64,000 bases of DNA from a virus (IMGVR_UViG_3300048838_001248:1-64000); one strand, 5' to 3'; positions 53,913-63,002 are shown, numbered from the stretch's first letter. Numbers and translations: made by a program. Notes: generated from the letters alone by a model not told the origin.

Positions 53913-54000
53913 AGGCTGTTTTTAGCCTGTTTAAGACACTCACATAAGAAATAATAGCAGTACACCAACACGAAAAGATAAGCCAGCCATGAAGCTATAA

Positions 54001-54075
54001 CACCCCTTCCCCCCACCGTATCCCCCCCTGACACCCCCCACCCAGACCGCCCTCCGGGAAGGCGGGGGTGCTACA
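54001..54075. other. poly-pyrimidine C-rich tract with G-rich complement
   Basis: CACCCCTTCCCCCCACCGTATCCCCCCCTGACACCCCCCACCCAGACCGCCCTCCGGGAAGGCGGGGGTG in an otherwise AT-rich genome. Confidence 0.5.
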
Positions 54076-54181
54076 TGAGTAACTTATAAATGGTCGTAAA
54101 AAATTCCCAAAAAAAATTTTATGATTTCCTGAAAATCAAGTACTTACCTAAAAATCAGAACCATAAAAAATTCTGGAAAAA

Positions 54182-55072
54182 TTATTTTCGTTTTCTATTA
54201 ATGGGTTTTACTGTATATTTGGGTTTAACTATATCTATGGGTTGCAATTCTTTCTCACCGTATCTCAGCGTGTAACTCTTGGATTTAATTACACCCCTAC
54301 AGATTCTCCCAACAGATGTGGGACTTATTTTAAGGGCAAGACCTGCTTCAAAGATATTAGAATACCTGATTTCGTTACCTCTTTTGTCGGTATATATGAT
54401 TGTGTATCTCCGGTATGTAGAAGGTCTTCTATATTTACTTTTCTCTCGTTTTTCTTTTTTCTGGTTTTCTATTATCAAGCCAATATTTATTCTATTGGGA
54501 ATACCACCAAAATTCTCAATCAGTTCTTCTTCTTTCAACCAGTACGAACCATATCTGAATCTTGTTTTAATATTATTACTTGTAAGCATGGAATACAGTC
54601 TTGTACAACCACTACCATTTTTTATTCTATAATCTTTAAAGACATGTGTTGCCACTTCTTTACCACTTTCCCAGACTTTAACAAGATAACCCAAGATATC
54701 GTATTGCACGACACGTTTATATTTACTTTCCGAAAGTTGTTTAAGGGTATTAACATCTCTTTCTTTACCTTCCCAGAAACCTCGTTTACCATCGAGCATC
54801 CACTGAGAATTAAGTAATGGATGTTGGTCTTTATGTTTATCTACGACTTCCAGAAGTTTTTCATCGTACCAGTCTTGCAGTGCAATAGTTTTAAGCACCA
54901 CCATATTCACATCTGGGTTTTCGATTAAGAAATTTTTAATATCATTATTTTTATATCGAGCACCAACATCTGATTTTCTTAAATCTCGATTTCCTTTAAT
55001 TGATTTAATAGTTTTACCAATGTAATTAAAACCTCTATCTGTTTTTACACCATAAATTATTGCTTCTTCCAT
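54182..55072 (-). CDS. GIY-YIG homing endonuclease
   Basis: N-terminal IYGVKTDRGFNYIGKT (GIY..YIG); basic C-terminal DNA-binding region; antisense to flanking genes. Confidence 0.7.
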   Translation of the reverse strand: MEEAIIYGVKTDRGFNYIGKTIKSIKGNRDLRKSDVGARYKNNDIKNFLIENPDVNMVVLKTIALQDWYDEKLLEVVDKHKDQHPLLNSQWMLDGKRGFWEGKERDVNTLKQLSESKYKRVVQYDILGYLVKVWESGKEVATHVFKDYRIKNGSGCTRLYSMLTSNNIKTRFRYGSYWLKEEELIENFGGIPNRINIGLIIENQKKEKREKSKYRRPSTYRRYTIIYTDKRGNEIRYSNIFEAGLALKISPTSVGRICRGVIKSKSYTLRYGEKELQPIDIVKPKYTVKPINRKRK

Positions 55073-55170
55073 TGTTATAAATTAAAGATTATTTGCCCAA
55101 AAATAGACATAATAATATTATTATACAAGAAGTTTTTTAGTCTCAATATAAAAACACAGTATTTATATAC

Positions 55171-55683
55171 ATGGACATCAAGACAATCATAGACTCCGAA
55201 ATACAGGATTTCAAAACACCCAAAGACCAGAGAAAACTCAAATGGGATGGTATTGAGGATGATATTCAACACCGTAGTCAGAAGAAAGACCCCAGATTCA
55301 AGTTAAGTGGTAAGTGGAAGACCTTCAAAGAAAATCGTGAGGGTTATAAGGTATTTACGGTGGATGGTGAATGGGTTAGAAATAATCTCAGCATAATTTT
55401 CGGACATGGTGGACATGGTTTAGTACATGAGTTTATTCCCCACGATGAAATCTGGATTGCCAGCCATCACTATAAAATCAAGGGTCTTGATGGAGAAAGT
55501 TTTGAATGTGGATGTAATTTCGGTAATCAGAAAGTCAGTGATGAATATTATCTAAGTTGTACTATTCATGAAATTGCAGAAAACATAATGATGAAGACCA
55601 AAAAAATGAATTACTGGACTGCACATAATTTAAGTCTGGATATTGAAGAAGACCTTGGCATTTTACCAAAAGACGAGATTTAA
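55171..55683 (+). CDS. hypothetical protein
   Basis: 170-aa ORF; HGGHGLVHEF motif. Confidence 0.5.
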   Translation: MDIKTIIDSEIQDFKTPKDQRKLKWDGIEDDIQHRSQKKDPRFKLSGKWKTFKENREGYKVFTVDGEWVRNNLSIIFGHGGHGLVHEFIPHDEIWIASHHYKIKGLDGESFECGCNFGNQKVSDEYYLSCTIHEIAENIMMKTKKMNYWTAHNLSLDIEEDLGILPKDEI

Positions 55684-55758
55684 ATCAAAAAATTTTCTAC
55701 CCACTTAAAATCATTAAAGCATTGATTTTTAATTGTTTTTCTACCCACCCATCTACCC

Positions 55759-56415
55759 TTAGTAAGTAAATTGTGTCAAGATATTATAAGGTTTATTTAG
55801 TGCCATTAAAGCTATTTCCACTTCTCTCAGGCATTCATTGATACCACCACCAGTTAGATATAGTTTTCCACTATAATTTTGTAAGTAATCCATTAGTTCT
55901 GGTATATTAATCATATCACCTGCTGACTCCAATAAGTCTCTGACATCAGATTGGTCTGCTCCGGTTTCTTTCATGAAGCCATTCCACATGTCTTCGTCAA
56001 TATCTCTGCTATCGTTTATATTGTGTTTAATCATGTACTGCACGAGTTTAACCACGTCATCATCATCAATTCCTTCGTCCATGCAATATCTGAAGAACGC
56101 ATAGCCTTTATCATAGAATTTACTGTAATCAAGATTTTCTTCTTCGAAGCCGTTTTCCACAAGCCAGTACTTATATTCGTTTTCGCTGACACCACCGACA
56201 GTATCAGTGCCATTATATAAAAATGTCAAAGAGTTAAGGTTGTCAAAATTCTTATTAAGGAAGTCAAGATAATCTTTTATATAGAATCCAAATCCTTTTT
56301 CGTATTCCGGTTGTATGTCTACACTGATAAGGTTTGCTCCCCGTAGGTAATCAACACCTGCTGTTTCCAACATTTTATGTCGTTGTTGTTCTTTAAGGAA
56401 AGCTGGTTTTCTCAT
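55759..56415 (-). CDS. hypothetical acidic protein
   Basis: 218-aa ORF. Confidence 0.5.
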   Translation of the reverse strand: MRKPAFLKEQQRHKMLETAGVDYLRGANLISVDIQPEYEKGFGFYIKDYLDFLNKNFDNLNSLTFLYNGTDTVGGVSENEYKYWLVENGFEEENLDYSKFYDKGYAFFRYCMDEGIDDDDVVKLVQYMIKHNINDSRDIDEDMWNGFMKETGADQSDVRDLLESAGDMINIPELMDYLQNYSGKLYLTGGGINECLREVEIALMALNKPYNILTQFTY

Positions 56416-56753
56416 TATTTCTTTCTGATATTTCTGATATTCATTACAAGCAATACGACACCATTAATTGCACCAATTACCCAGCTTATCATTTCTTTCC
56501 AGTCGAAAGGTTTTTCTTTCTCTATGATTTCAATTTGTATTGGTGTAGATTTTGGTATTTGTAAATCAATTGCGGTACTATCATAGATTTCCATTCTCTG
56601 GATTTCCTGCATTGGCATTTCTATTGGTTGCAGGTCATGTTGTTTTATGTCGGGGATTACCGATAAGCCAATAACAATTACAATGGATACCATGAGCATG
56701 GTTTTAATCCATTTATTTTGTAATTGAAATACTTTTCCTATTGTGAGTTTCAT
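56415..56753 (-). CDS. membrane protein
   Basis: Two TM helices. Confidence 0.45.
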   Translation of the reverse strand: MKLTIGKVFQLQNKWIKTMLMVSIVIVIGLSVIPDIKQHDLQPIEMPMQEIQRMEIYDSTAIDLQIPKSTPIQIEIIEKEKPFDWKEMISWVIGAINGVVLLVMNIRNIRKK

Positions 56754-56773
56754 AAATGTTTTAACATAAATAC

Positions 56774-57109
56774 TTAGTACTTATGACTTGCAACAAGTAC
56801 ACCATTTTTATCGTACATCAAGCATTTTCCTACTTTCTTATTATTACGGTATTTCATTACATATGCAAGTTGACCATTATCATGCCAGACTTTCCAAGTT
56901 CCGGTTTTACTACCATTAAAATAATAGGCTTTAGCAATTAATTTACCATCGGTATTCCAAGACTTACAGACACCATCTAATTTCAGACTGTCATTATAGG
57001 TATTAATCTCTCTTAGTTTACCGTTATCGTGATAGTATTTTCTCACGTTTTGTGCACTACAATAAAGAGTTGCAAGCATAAAGCTGATAATCAGGATTAA
57101 TTTTTTCAT
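56774..57109 (-). CDS. secreted MORN/YwqK-like repeat protein
   Basis: Signal peptide; repeats YxNGKL...W..DGKL...YY.NG..TG.W..W..NGQL. Confidence 0.45.
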   Translation of the reverse strand: MKKLILIISFMLATLYCSAQNVRKYYHDNGKLREINTYNDSLKLDGVCKSWNTDGKLIAKAYYFNGSKTGTWKVWHDNGQLAYVMKYRNNKKVGKCLMYDKNGVLVASHKY

Positions 57110-57220
57110 TGTCTTAGGTATTAAGGTTAATGCAAATGTAACAATTATTAATACAAATGTAACAATTATTTAATATAAATAGCCAGAATTTCGAGTAATT
57201 ATATATGAAAAATCATTTAT

Positions 57221-57460
57221 ATGAAAAATTTAACATTGGTATTGGCAGTATTATTTCTTTTCGCCATAGTGGAAGGGAAAGACAGAAATAAAAAACAAAA
57301 TAAGAATAATACAAATATTGAGGTCATAAAAACTGACAGCATTAATATTAGTGCTACAGATGTAGATTTTTTTCAGAACGAACTCCGGGAATCCGTTTTG
57401 GAATTCATTATGGATGTTGGCATGAATCCCGATAGTTGTTACGTACCTTTTAAGAAGTAG
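57221..57460 (+). CDS. small secreted protein
   Basis: Signal peptide MKNLTLVLAVLFLFAIVEG. Confidence 0.4.
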   Translation: MKNLTLVLAVLFLFAIVEGKDRNKKQNKNNTNIEVIKTDSINISATDVDFFQNELRESVLEFIMDVGMNPDSCYVPFKK

Positions 57461-57734
57461 GCTTATTATTGAGTCTATCGATTTCTGCTGCGATTAATGC
57501 TCCTGCAATAACCAGTCTTTCCTTATAGGATTTTTTTGCCATTTTCTTACAAATTGCAACATCCCAATTCATGGGCATTTCTTCCCAGAAACCCCGGTGT
57601 TCTGCTCTAATTAATGAGATAGCACCGCTAACCAGTTGTCCGGTTCTATTATACTTAACATCGGCTTCAATACTTCTGCCGTGTTTTTCGATTTGTTCTT
57701 GCCTTTCGGCTGCGATTAATTCAATTCCTGTCAT
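57450..57734 (-). CDS. hypothetical protein
   Basis: 94-aa ORF. Confidence 0.45.
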   Translation of the reverse strand: MTGIELIAAERQEQIEKHGRSIEADVKYNRTGQLVSGAISLIRAEHRGFWEEMPMNWDVAICKKMAKKSYKERLVIAGALIAAEIDRLNNKPTS

Positions 57735-58060
57735 GGTTTTATTTTAAATTTTTGTGTTGTTAGGTGATAAACGCCTTGTTTGGCTCTCTTTTTTCTCAGA
57801 GGTTTGCATTTCTTACATTCTGTTTGGTATTTTTCATGCACACATACCACTTGTTCATATAAAGGGTCATATGTGACAAATACATATTTCTGTCTTTCTT
57901 TATATTCGACAACAATTGCCAGAAGTTCTATGAGATTATCGTATGCCTGTTGTTTTGTTTCGCCCTCCGCAATAACATTTGGAATATTCTTGAAATACGC
58001 AGTATATCCACCAATTTTTGGGTCTTCAACAAACACTATTTTTAATTCAAGATTTTCCAT
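57731..58060 (-). CDS. HicB-like (UPF0150) domain protein
   Basis: GGYTAYFKNIPNVIAEGETKQQAYDNLIELL resembles HicB N-domain; C-terminal CxxC. Confidence 0.4.
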   Translation of the reverse strand: MENLELKIVFVEDPKIGGYTAYFKNIPNVIAEGETKQQAYDNLIELLAIVVEYKERQKYVFVTYDPLYEQVVCVHEKYQTECKKCKPLRKKRAKQGVYHLTTQKFKIKP

Positions 58061-58293
58061 TATTCCTCCAATTTTTTTATAAGTTTCTTTAATGCTTTGA
58101 ATTCTCCGAATGTCAACTGGAATCTTTGTCCAAGTTTTCCAGAAACCTCAACATCGAAACCCTCACCATTTCTCCATTCACAGACTTCCATGAAGTCATG
58201 TTCGCCAGCAAAATAACAATGAGGTTTTAAATGTGTAAAAACAGTTTTTCTTTCATAGCTGTCAATCTTAACGTTTTGTTTATCAGTGCTCAT
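58060..58293 (-). CDS. hypothetical protein
   Basis: 77-aa ORF. Confidence 0.45.
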   Translation of the reverse strand: MSTDKQNVKIDSYERKTVFTHLKPHCYFAGEHDFMEVCEWRNGEGFDVEVSGKLGQRFQLTFGEFKALKKLIKKLEE

Positions 58294-58511
58294 ACTTGGT
58301 TTATTTGAACCTTTACATCATATGTTTTAACATATTCCCAGCAGTCGTTTATGCAATCTTCGCAGCTATCGAAACCCTCAGAGGTTTTAACGCCTTCATG
58401 AGTCCAGAAGCATTTAATATCCCAGAGGTAATCATCTTGAACTGGTTTGTTAAAGAATCTGAATTGCAAGCCTGATTGCATGATTTCATCGAGTTTTTTT
58501 ATTGCTGTCAT
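58290..58511 (-). CDS. hypothetical protein
   Basis: Start at MTAIKKLDEIM, internal ATG of the track ORF. Confidence 0.4.
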   Translation of the reverse strand: MTAIKKLDEIMQSGLQFRFFNKPVQDDYLWDIKCFWTHEGVKTSEGFDSCEDCINDCWEYVKTYDVKVQINQV

Positions 58512-58692
58512 TGCTTTTTGTTTTACTATATTCTTTTGCATATGCTTCGCTGGCTTTCTTCACATTTTCCATAAGTTTTTCCACAGCTTTAATTTCATCT
58601 GGTGTCAATTCTTCTTGGTGTGCATTCATGAATTCACAATATGCTCTTCTTGTTTTAATTTTTGCTGCCTGTAGTTTTTCTAACTTAGTCAT
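58486..58692 (-). CDS. hypothetical protein
   Basis: Start at MTKLEKLQAAK. Confidence 0.35.
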   Translation of the reverse strand: MTKLEKLQAAKIKTRRAYCEFMNAHQEELTPDEIKAVEKLMENVKKASEAYAKEYSKTKSNDSNKKTR

Positions 58693-58702
58693 ATTTTTAT
58701 AA

Positions 58703-58876
58703 TTCATCGGTATTATATGTTTTGGGGTCATTGATATCACGTCTCCCAATTTCTTTTTTTGCCATAATATCCAGTGCTTTCAACAAGTCTTTATCGTTTC
58801 GAAGTTCTTCTTCTCGGATTGCTTGTTGCAAATAATGAATTGATTTTCTCAAGTTGCTTATTGCTGGCATTATATT
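58703..58876 (-). CDS. small protein (about 57 aa)
   Basis: MPAISNLRKSIHYLQQAIREEELRN...; not in track. Confidence 0.3.
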
Positions 58877-58983
58877 TTTATAAATTTTTATAAAACGTTC
58901 GGATACCCGGTTTGTGTGCTATTCAGAATTTCTGTCAAATGTATTGAAATAAAATTAAAATAGCAATAAAAATATTGATAATT

Positions 58984-59014
58984 TTGTAACTATTTATGAG
59001 ATATTACGTATAAT
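58984..59014 (+). promoter_or_regulatory. phage ECF-type promoter
   Basis: TTGTAAC-N16-CGTATAAT. Confidence 0.6.
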
Positions 59015-59036
59015 CAATAAATTTAAACCCAATAAC

Positions 59037-59930
59037 ATGGATATAATTGATAAAAGAACTGACAAGGAAAAAGCGATTTCATTATTAGAGAGAATCAGCA
59101 GTGTCGCACATCCTTATAGTCTTGCACTTCGTGGTGGTGGCAGGTCGGGGATTTCTTCAGCAACTGCGTATCAGACAAAAATTCTTGTAGATTTACTACC
59201 TAAATTAAGTCCTGAAGACCTTCAGGAAATCAGGGAAATGTCAATTACCACTCGCACAGGCAGGGTTGTTAAATTCGAAGATTATGTGAAAAAAATTGAA
59301 AGTCTTGGTGGACAGAAGAAAGCCAAGGAAGACCAGAAAAATATATCAACAACTGGTGACCAATATGCTGCACTCGTATTAGAAATTCGTGGAAAGATTG
59401 AAGACTTTCTTGTTGACCAAGAAGCCAAGATTGACAGCAGCATAAAAAGAGATTGGCAATATATTCACGAGCAATACAAAACATTATCACAGGATGAATT
59501 TCAGAGGAAATTCGGTGAAAAGAAATATCAAAAAGGATTTGCAGGACAGCCACCGAGAGAATATTATAGTCTTAATATGTTCTGGAATACACATTATGGT
59601 GTTTTACTTAGAATGAAAATCGAGAATTTACCGGAATTCATTGTTAAAGCACAGAAGGCATATCGTGAAAAAGAATATGGTAAGATTGATTCTTTGATTT
59701 ACAAATTAAAAGCCAGATATCCGAGTTTGGTAGATTTCACCATGACTAATTTCATTAAGGGTATTAATGGTATTGAATTCACATTAAATGCCAATAGTCC
59801 TGATGGTAATGTTGTGATTTACACACAAACCATTTATGCTGGTGGTTATAACATACAGAAACTACATTTGCGTTGGCTAATGCATGTGAGTGATAGTAAA
59901 GGTAATAGGTTTAAGATTGAGCAGGGTTAA
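59037..59930 (+). CDS. hypothetical protein
   Basis: 297-aa ORF; promoter at 58984-59014. Confidence 0.55.
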   Translation: MDIIDKRTDKEKAISLLERISSVAHPYSLALRGGGRSGISSATAYQTKILVDLLPKLSPEDLQEIREMSITTRTGRVVKFEDYVKKIESLGGQKKAKEDQKNISTTGDQYAALVLEIRGKIEDFLVDQEAKIDSSIKRDWQYIHEQYKTLSQDEFQRKFGEKKYQKGFAGQPPREYYSLNMFWNTHYGVLLRMKIENLPEFIVKAQKAYREKEYGKIDSLIYKLKARYPSLVDFTMTNFIKGINGIEFTLNANSPDGNVVIYTQTIYAGGYNIQKLHLRWLMHVSDSKGNRFKIEQG

Positions 59931-60396
59931 GTCTTGATTTAATAAGCCTTCCGAGATTTCTACTTGCACGCATATCAACTGGAATTCCATTATTTCTAAG
60001 GTCTTCTGAATACGGTATTAGCACAAGATTTTTATTGTGTGTTAATCCTTCTTTTCTTTTGAAATTATCCAAGATGTTTTTTTGTTCTCCGTCACAATCT
60101 ATATAAGTATTATTTGGAGTTTTAACAACAAAATGGTCTATTTGGTTTCTACCGTAGTCATAAATAACATATATATCATATCTAAATATCATATTAAGTG
60201 CATGTGCGAGAATTGCACAGCCACCAGCACACCAAGTAGATTCACCAGCAGTGCTGTTATCAAGAATTTCATATGCTTCTTTAGAATTAAGTATTGGTTT
60301 AATACTGTTTTCATTAATGAAATTTTCAATAACTTCGTTAACCAATGAAATAATTGTATGGTTAGGATACCAGTTTTCGGCTTCTGACATTTTCAA
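59911..60396 (-). CDS. hypothetical protein
   Basis: 161-aa ORF. Confidence 0.5.
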   Translation of the reverse strand: MKMSEAENWYPNHTIISLVNEVIENFINENSIKPILNSKEAYEILDNSTAGESTWCAGGCAILAHALNMIFRYDIYVIYDYGRNQIDHFVVKTPNNTYIDCDGEQKNILDNFKRKEGLTHNKNLVLIPYSEDLRNNGIPVDMRASRNLGRLIKSRLNPAQS

Positions 60397-60402
60397 ATTA
60401 CA

Positions 60403-61311
60403 TTAATTTCCATGTAAGTCTCTTTCAATAACCTTTGCCATATCGTGGAGTTTACGAACCAACGAATTTTCATATAGTTTTTCAACCACTGCATTTCCAT
60501 GCATAGATTCGATGATTGAGTCACCATACATTTCCAGAACTTTTGAATCTTCGTCCATGAAATTAATTCTGGCATTATCAAACATTTTTTCTACAATTGT
60601 CCAATCCCACATTTCTTCGATTACTGAATGATTATGCATTTCATCTACCTTGCTCATATGTCTTAATCTATCGGCTTGAGAAGTATCACGCATTTCCAAT
60701 ATATTTGCATCTCCTTTAAGTACAGCAATACGTGATTGGTCGAACATTTTTCCAATTTTAGCTTGTCCAAACATTTTCATTACTTTACTGTAATCATACA
60801 TTTCTACAATTTTACTGAAACCAAGCATATCAATAATTTTGGTATTGTCACGGGTTTCATCTATTTTTGTTTCATCTGTCATCTCACAAACAATTGAATT
60901 ATAGTCAAGGACTTTTATTCTTGCATTATCATACATTGCAAAAATCATTGAATGTTTTGCTACATCGACAACCGCATCACCATTTAGTATAACACCATCA
61001 TGTAATAATAATTGTTTGTGTCCGGTAATAATCATTGATTCAATAATTGTCTTTAGTTTATTATTTACTTCTTCGGCAAATTCTCCATAGAACCAATCTG
61101 GAATATAGGTTTCATCCACAATAATTCTATATTCTTCGACATTATCAAATCGTTGACCTTCATGTGGAGAAAATCTGGCTTTAAAATATGTTTTTTCTGC
61201 CACATCTCCATGAGTTAAATATTTCTCAACTAAATCTTTGTGTGATGTCGCATATATATTATGTACGATATCACCGTTCTTTTTTATAATTACTAAATAA
61301 AACTTTTCCAT
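60403..61311 (-). CDS. nonapeptide tandem-repeat protein
   Basis: About 18 consecutive 9-residue repeats of type [ST]K[IV]xEMxDx. Confidence 0.55.
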   Translation of the reverse strand: MEKFYLVIIKKNGDIVHNIYATSHKDLVEKYLTHGDVAEKTYFKARFSPHEGQRFDNVEEYRIIVDETYIPDWFYGEFAEEVNNKLKTIIESMIITGHKQLLLHDGVILNGDAVVDVAKHSMIFAMYDNARIKVLDYNSIVCEMTDETKIDETRDNTKIIDMLGFSKIVEMYDYSKVMKMFGQAKIGKMFDQSRIAVLKGDANILEMRDTSQADRLRHMSKVDEMHNHSVIEEMWDWTIVEKMFDNARINFMDEDSKVLEMYGDSIIESMHGNAVVEKLYENSLVRKLHDMAKVIERDLHGN

Positions 61312-61420
61312 ATTGTTATGTTTATTGATAAATACTTACGGGGATTATTTTGGAATTTTTAAAAACTCTTTGATGTTAAATTTAAAATTATTATATTAGC
61401 AACCTAATATAATAAAAATC

Positions 61421-61765
61421 ATGTATGATAGCGATATTGATGACGAAAGAATGCGGGTAATTGATTACGCAATCTGTCATAAGAAGGGGAGTAAGGAAGA
61501 AATAGAATTATATGAACAGCTTTCTCTGGCATTGGAATTAAAACAAGATAATAGTTTTAGAGTTGAGGGCAGTATAATTTGTAATGGAATCAATTTTAAT
61601 ATTGTCACACAATATCCAGATGGGTTACCAGTTGATATAGGTTCTATGTTTTTCAATATAGACACTTCGTATGCAGTAAGCATTAAAGAAGATAATTTAT
61701 TTACAAACGGTATTCATGTTGACCCCGGTGAAAGAAATTTTAGTATTACAATAAAAAAATATTGA
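61421..61765 (+). CDS. hypothetical protein
   Basis: 114-aa ORF. Confidence 0.5.
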   Translation: MYDSDIDDERMRVIDYAICHKKGSKEEIELYEQLSLALELKQDNSFRVEGSIICNGINFNIVTQYPDGLPVDIGSMFFNIDTSYAVSIKEDNLFTNGIHVDPGERNFSITIKKY

Positions 61766-61770
61766 TTTTT

Positions 61771-61801
61771 TTGTAACAAATTAAAAAATTATACGTATAA
61801 T
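61771..61801 (+). promoter_or_regulatory. phage ECF-type promoter driving the tRNA-like RNA operon
   Basis: TTGTAAC-N16-CGTATAAT; no ORF downstream for about 1.2 kb. Confidence 0.6.
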
Positions 61802-62032
61802 TGCACAGAAGAAGTTCTTTGAATGTAGTCGAGTGTAAACTCCACATGTTGCTCGAAAGGTAGGCTAATCACTCATACCCAAACCATTGGGAACGAAGTG
61901 TTAGGTATTGAGATGCCGAGATATAGGGTATAATATGTAAGGTGTAGATTCAGACCAGATAGATGCATCCCAAGGAGAGCATGACACCCGCTATGGTTAG
62001 GTGGGAAAAGACTATTTTTTGTTAGCATGGAC

Positions 62033-62057
62033 GCAGGTTCGATTCCTGTGACCCCGA
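62033..62057 (+). other. orphan tRNA T-arm-like motif
   Basis: GCAGG-TTCGATT-CCTGT then GACCCCG-A; no complementary 5' acceptor strand found within 150 nt. Confidence 0.25.
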
Positions 62058-62114
62058 TGGAAACTCGGAATAAGGTGTACGACTCAGCAAGGATGAGCGG
62101 TTGCTAACAAATCT

Positions 62115-62210
62115 GGTGTTGTATGCCGATGATGGCAAGGCAACTTGTTGGTGAAGGGTCGAACCGAAGTACCACAAGACATCACGCTGGTTCAATTCCA
62201 GCCAGCACCA
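62115..62210 (+). tRNA. tRNA-like element (96 nt, anticodon arm not resolved)
   Basis: 7-bp acceptor GGTGTTG/CAGCACC with one G-U; D-stem TGCC/GGCA; perfect T-arm GCTGG-TTCAATT-CCAGC; discriminator A. Confidence 0.35.
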
Positions 62211-62315
62211 CAAAACCCTGAGTAGTGTCGTAGTACTTAGAGTGAAAACTTAACTATGCTGTAGAGGTAACACGCAGTTATGGGATGAAAGGGGTTTACG
62301 TTCTTTAAAATAAAT

Positions 62316-62443
62316 GGCTCAATCATCGCTGAAAATCAGAGGAAAAATGCATGAAGTATCCTGATGGAAAGTTGGAGATGGGGTTGTGCGGGGAGTGATA
62401 TCCGAAGCGCATGTATCAGGGGGTTCGACTCCCTCTTGAGCCA
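62316..62443 (+). tRNA. tRNA-like element with long internal insertion (128 nt)
   Basis: Perfect 7-bp acceptor GGCTCAA/TTGAGCC; T-arm GGGGG-TTCGACT-CCCTC; 5' half not a canonical cloverleaf. Confidence 0.25.
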
Positions 62444-62541
62444 CAAAGTGTAAAGTGAGAAGTCCATGTCGATATGATTTGATTCAGGAAGTACAGGACT
62501 AATATGGTGACAACACCTTTATACTATGTTCTTTAAAATCT

Positions 62542-62702
62542 GGGGGTATAAACAAACTGGTAAAGTTGCTTCCTGTTTTGGGAAGGTCAGACGGTAAGTG
62601 TACACTTATACTGTCGGAAGGTTGACAATAGTGGTACGTGGGTTCGAAACAGCGTATCATGAAGATAGACTGACTCTGGGGGTTCGATTCCCTCTATCCC
62701 CA
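62542..62702 (+). tRNA. class-II-like tRNA-like element with about 95-nt insertion before the T-arm (161 nt)
   Basis: Acceptor GGGGGTA/TATCCCC; 3-bp D-stem AAC/GTT with GG-containing loop; anticodon arm CTTCC-TGTTTTG-GGAAG; T-arm GGGGG-TTCGATT-CCCTC. Confidence 0.35.
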
Positions 62703-62792
62703 CATTATGTGTCGGAAGGCACATATAAGTGCCTGTCGTATTAAGGGTGCGTGAATCTGCAGATAACACACACTATATAGACTTCCGGTGCT

Positions 62793-62865
62793 TGCGATAT
62801 GACGCAGTTGGTTAGCGTGCCCTCGCTCAAGAGGGAAGTCACGGGTTCGAATCCCGTTATCGCAA
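62793..62865 (+). tRNA. tRNA (73 nt) with non-canonical 6-nt anticodon loop GCTCAA
   Basis: Perfect 7-bp acceptor TGCGATA/TATCGCA; D-arm ACGC-AGTTGGTTA-GCGT; anticodon stem CCCTC/GAGGG; T-arm ACGGG-TTCGAAT-CCCGT; discriminator A. Confidence 0.55.
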
Positions 62866-62930
62866 CAAATTTGTTTGGGGTCTGCTTCGGCAGACAGGTG
62901 GTTTACAATTAGGATGCTTAACCTAACCCA

Positions 62931-63002
62931 AAGGCATGAAAGTCTGGTCTTATATAGAAAGCATAACTGACCGATATACTTTCATGCCTTCCCAAACTTT
63001 TT
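62931..63002 (+). terminator. large stem-loop / terminator closing the RNA operon
   Basis: 13-bp stem AAGGCATGAAAGT/ACTTTCATGCCTT then T5 a few nt on. Confidence 0.45.

Noticed and set aside
54242-54817. Plus-strand ORFs (191 aa, 117 aa) and 54090..54275
   Set aside because: They lie entirely antisense within or overlapping the GIY-YIG endonuclease gene, which has a clear catalytic motif. No promoter.
62640-62660. GGGTTCGAAAC motif resembling a tRNA T-loop
   Set aside because: No 5-bp T-stem or acceptor pairing can be formed around it. It lies inside the long insertion of the 62542-62702 tRNA-like element.
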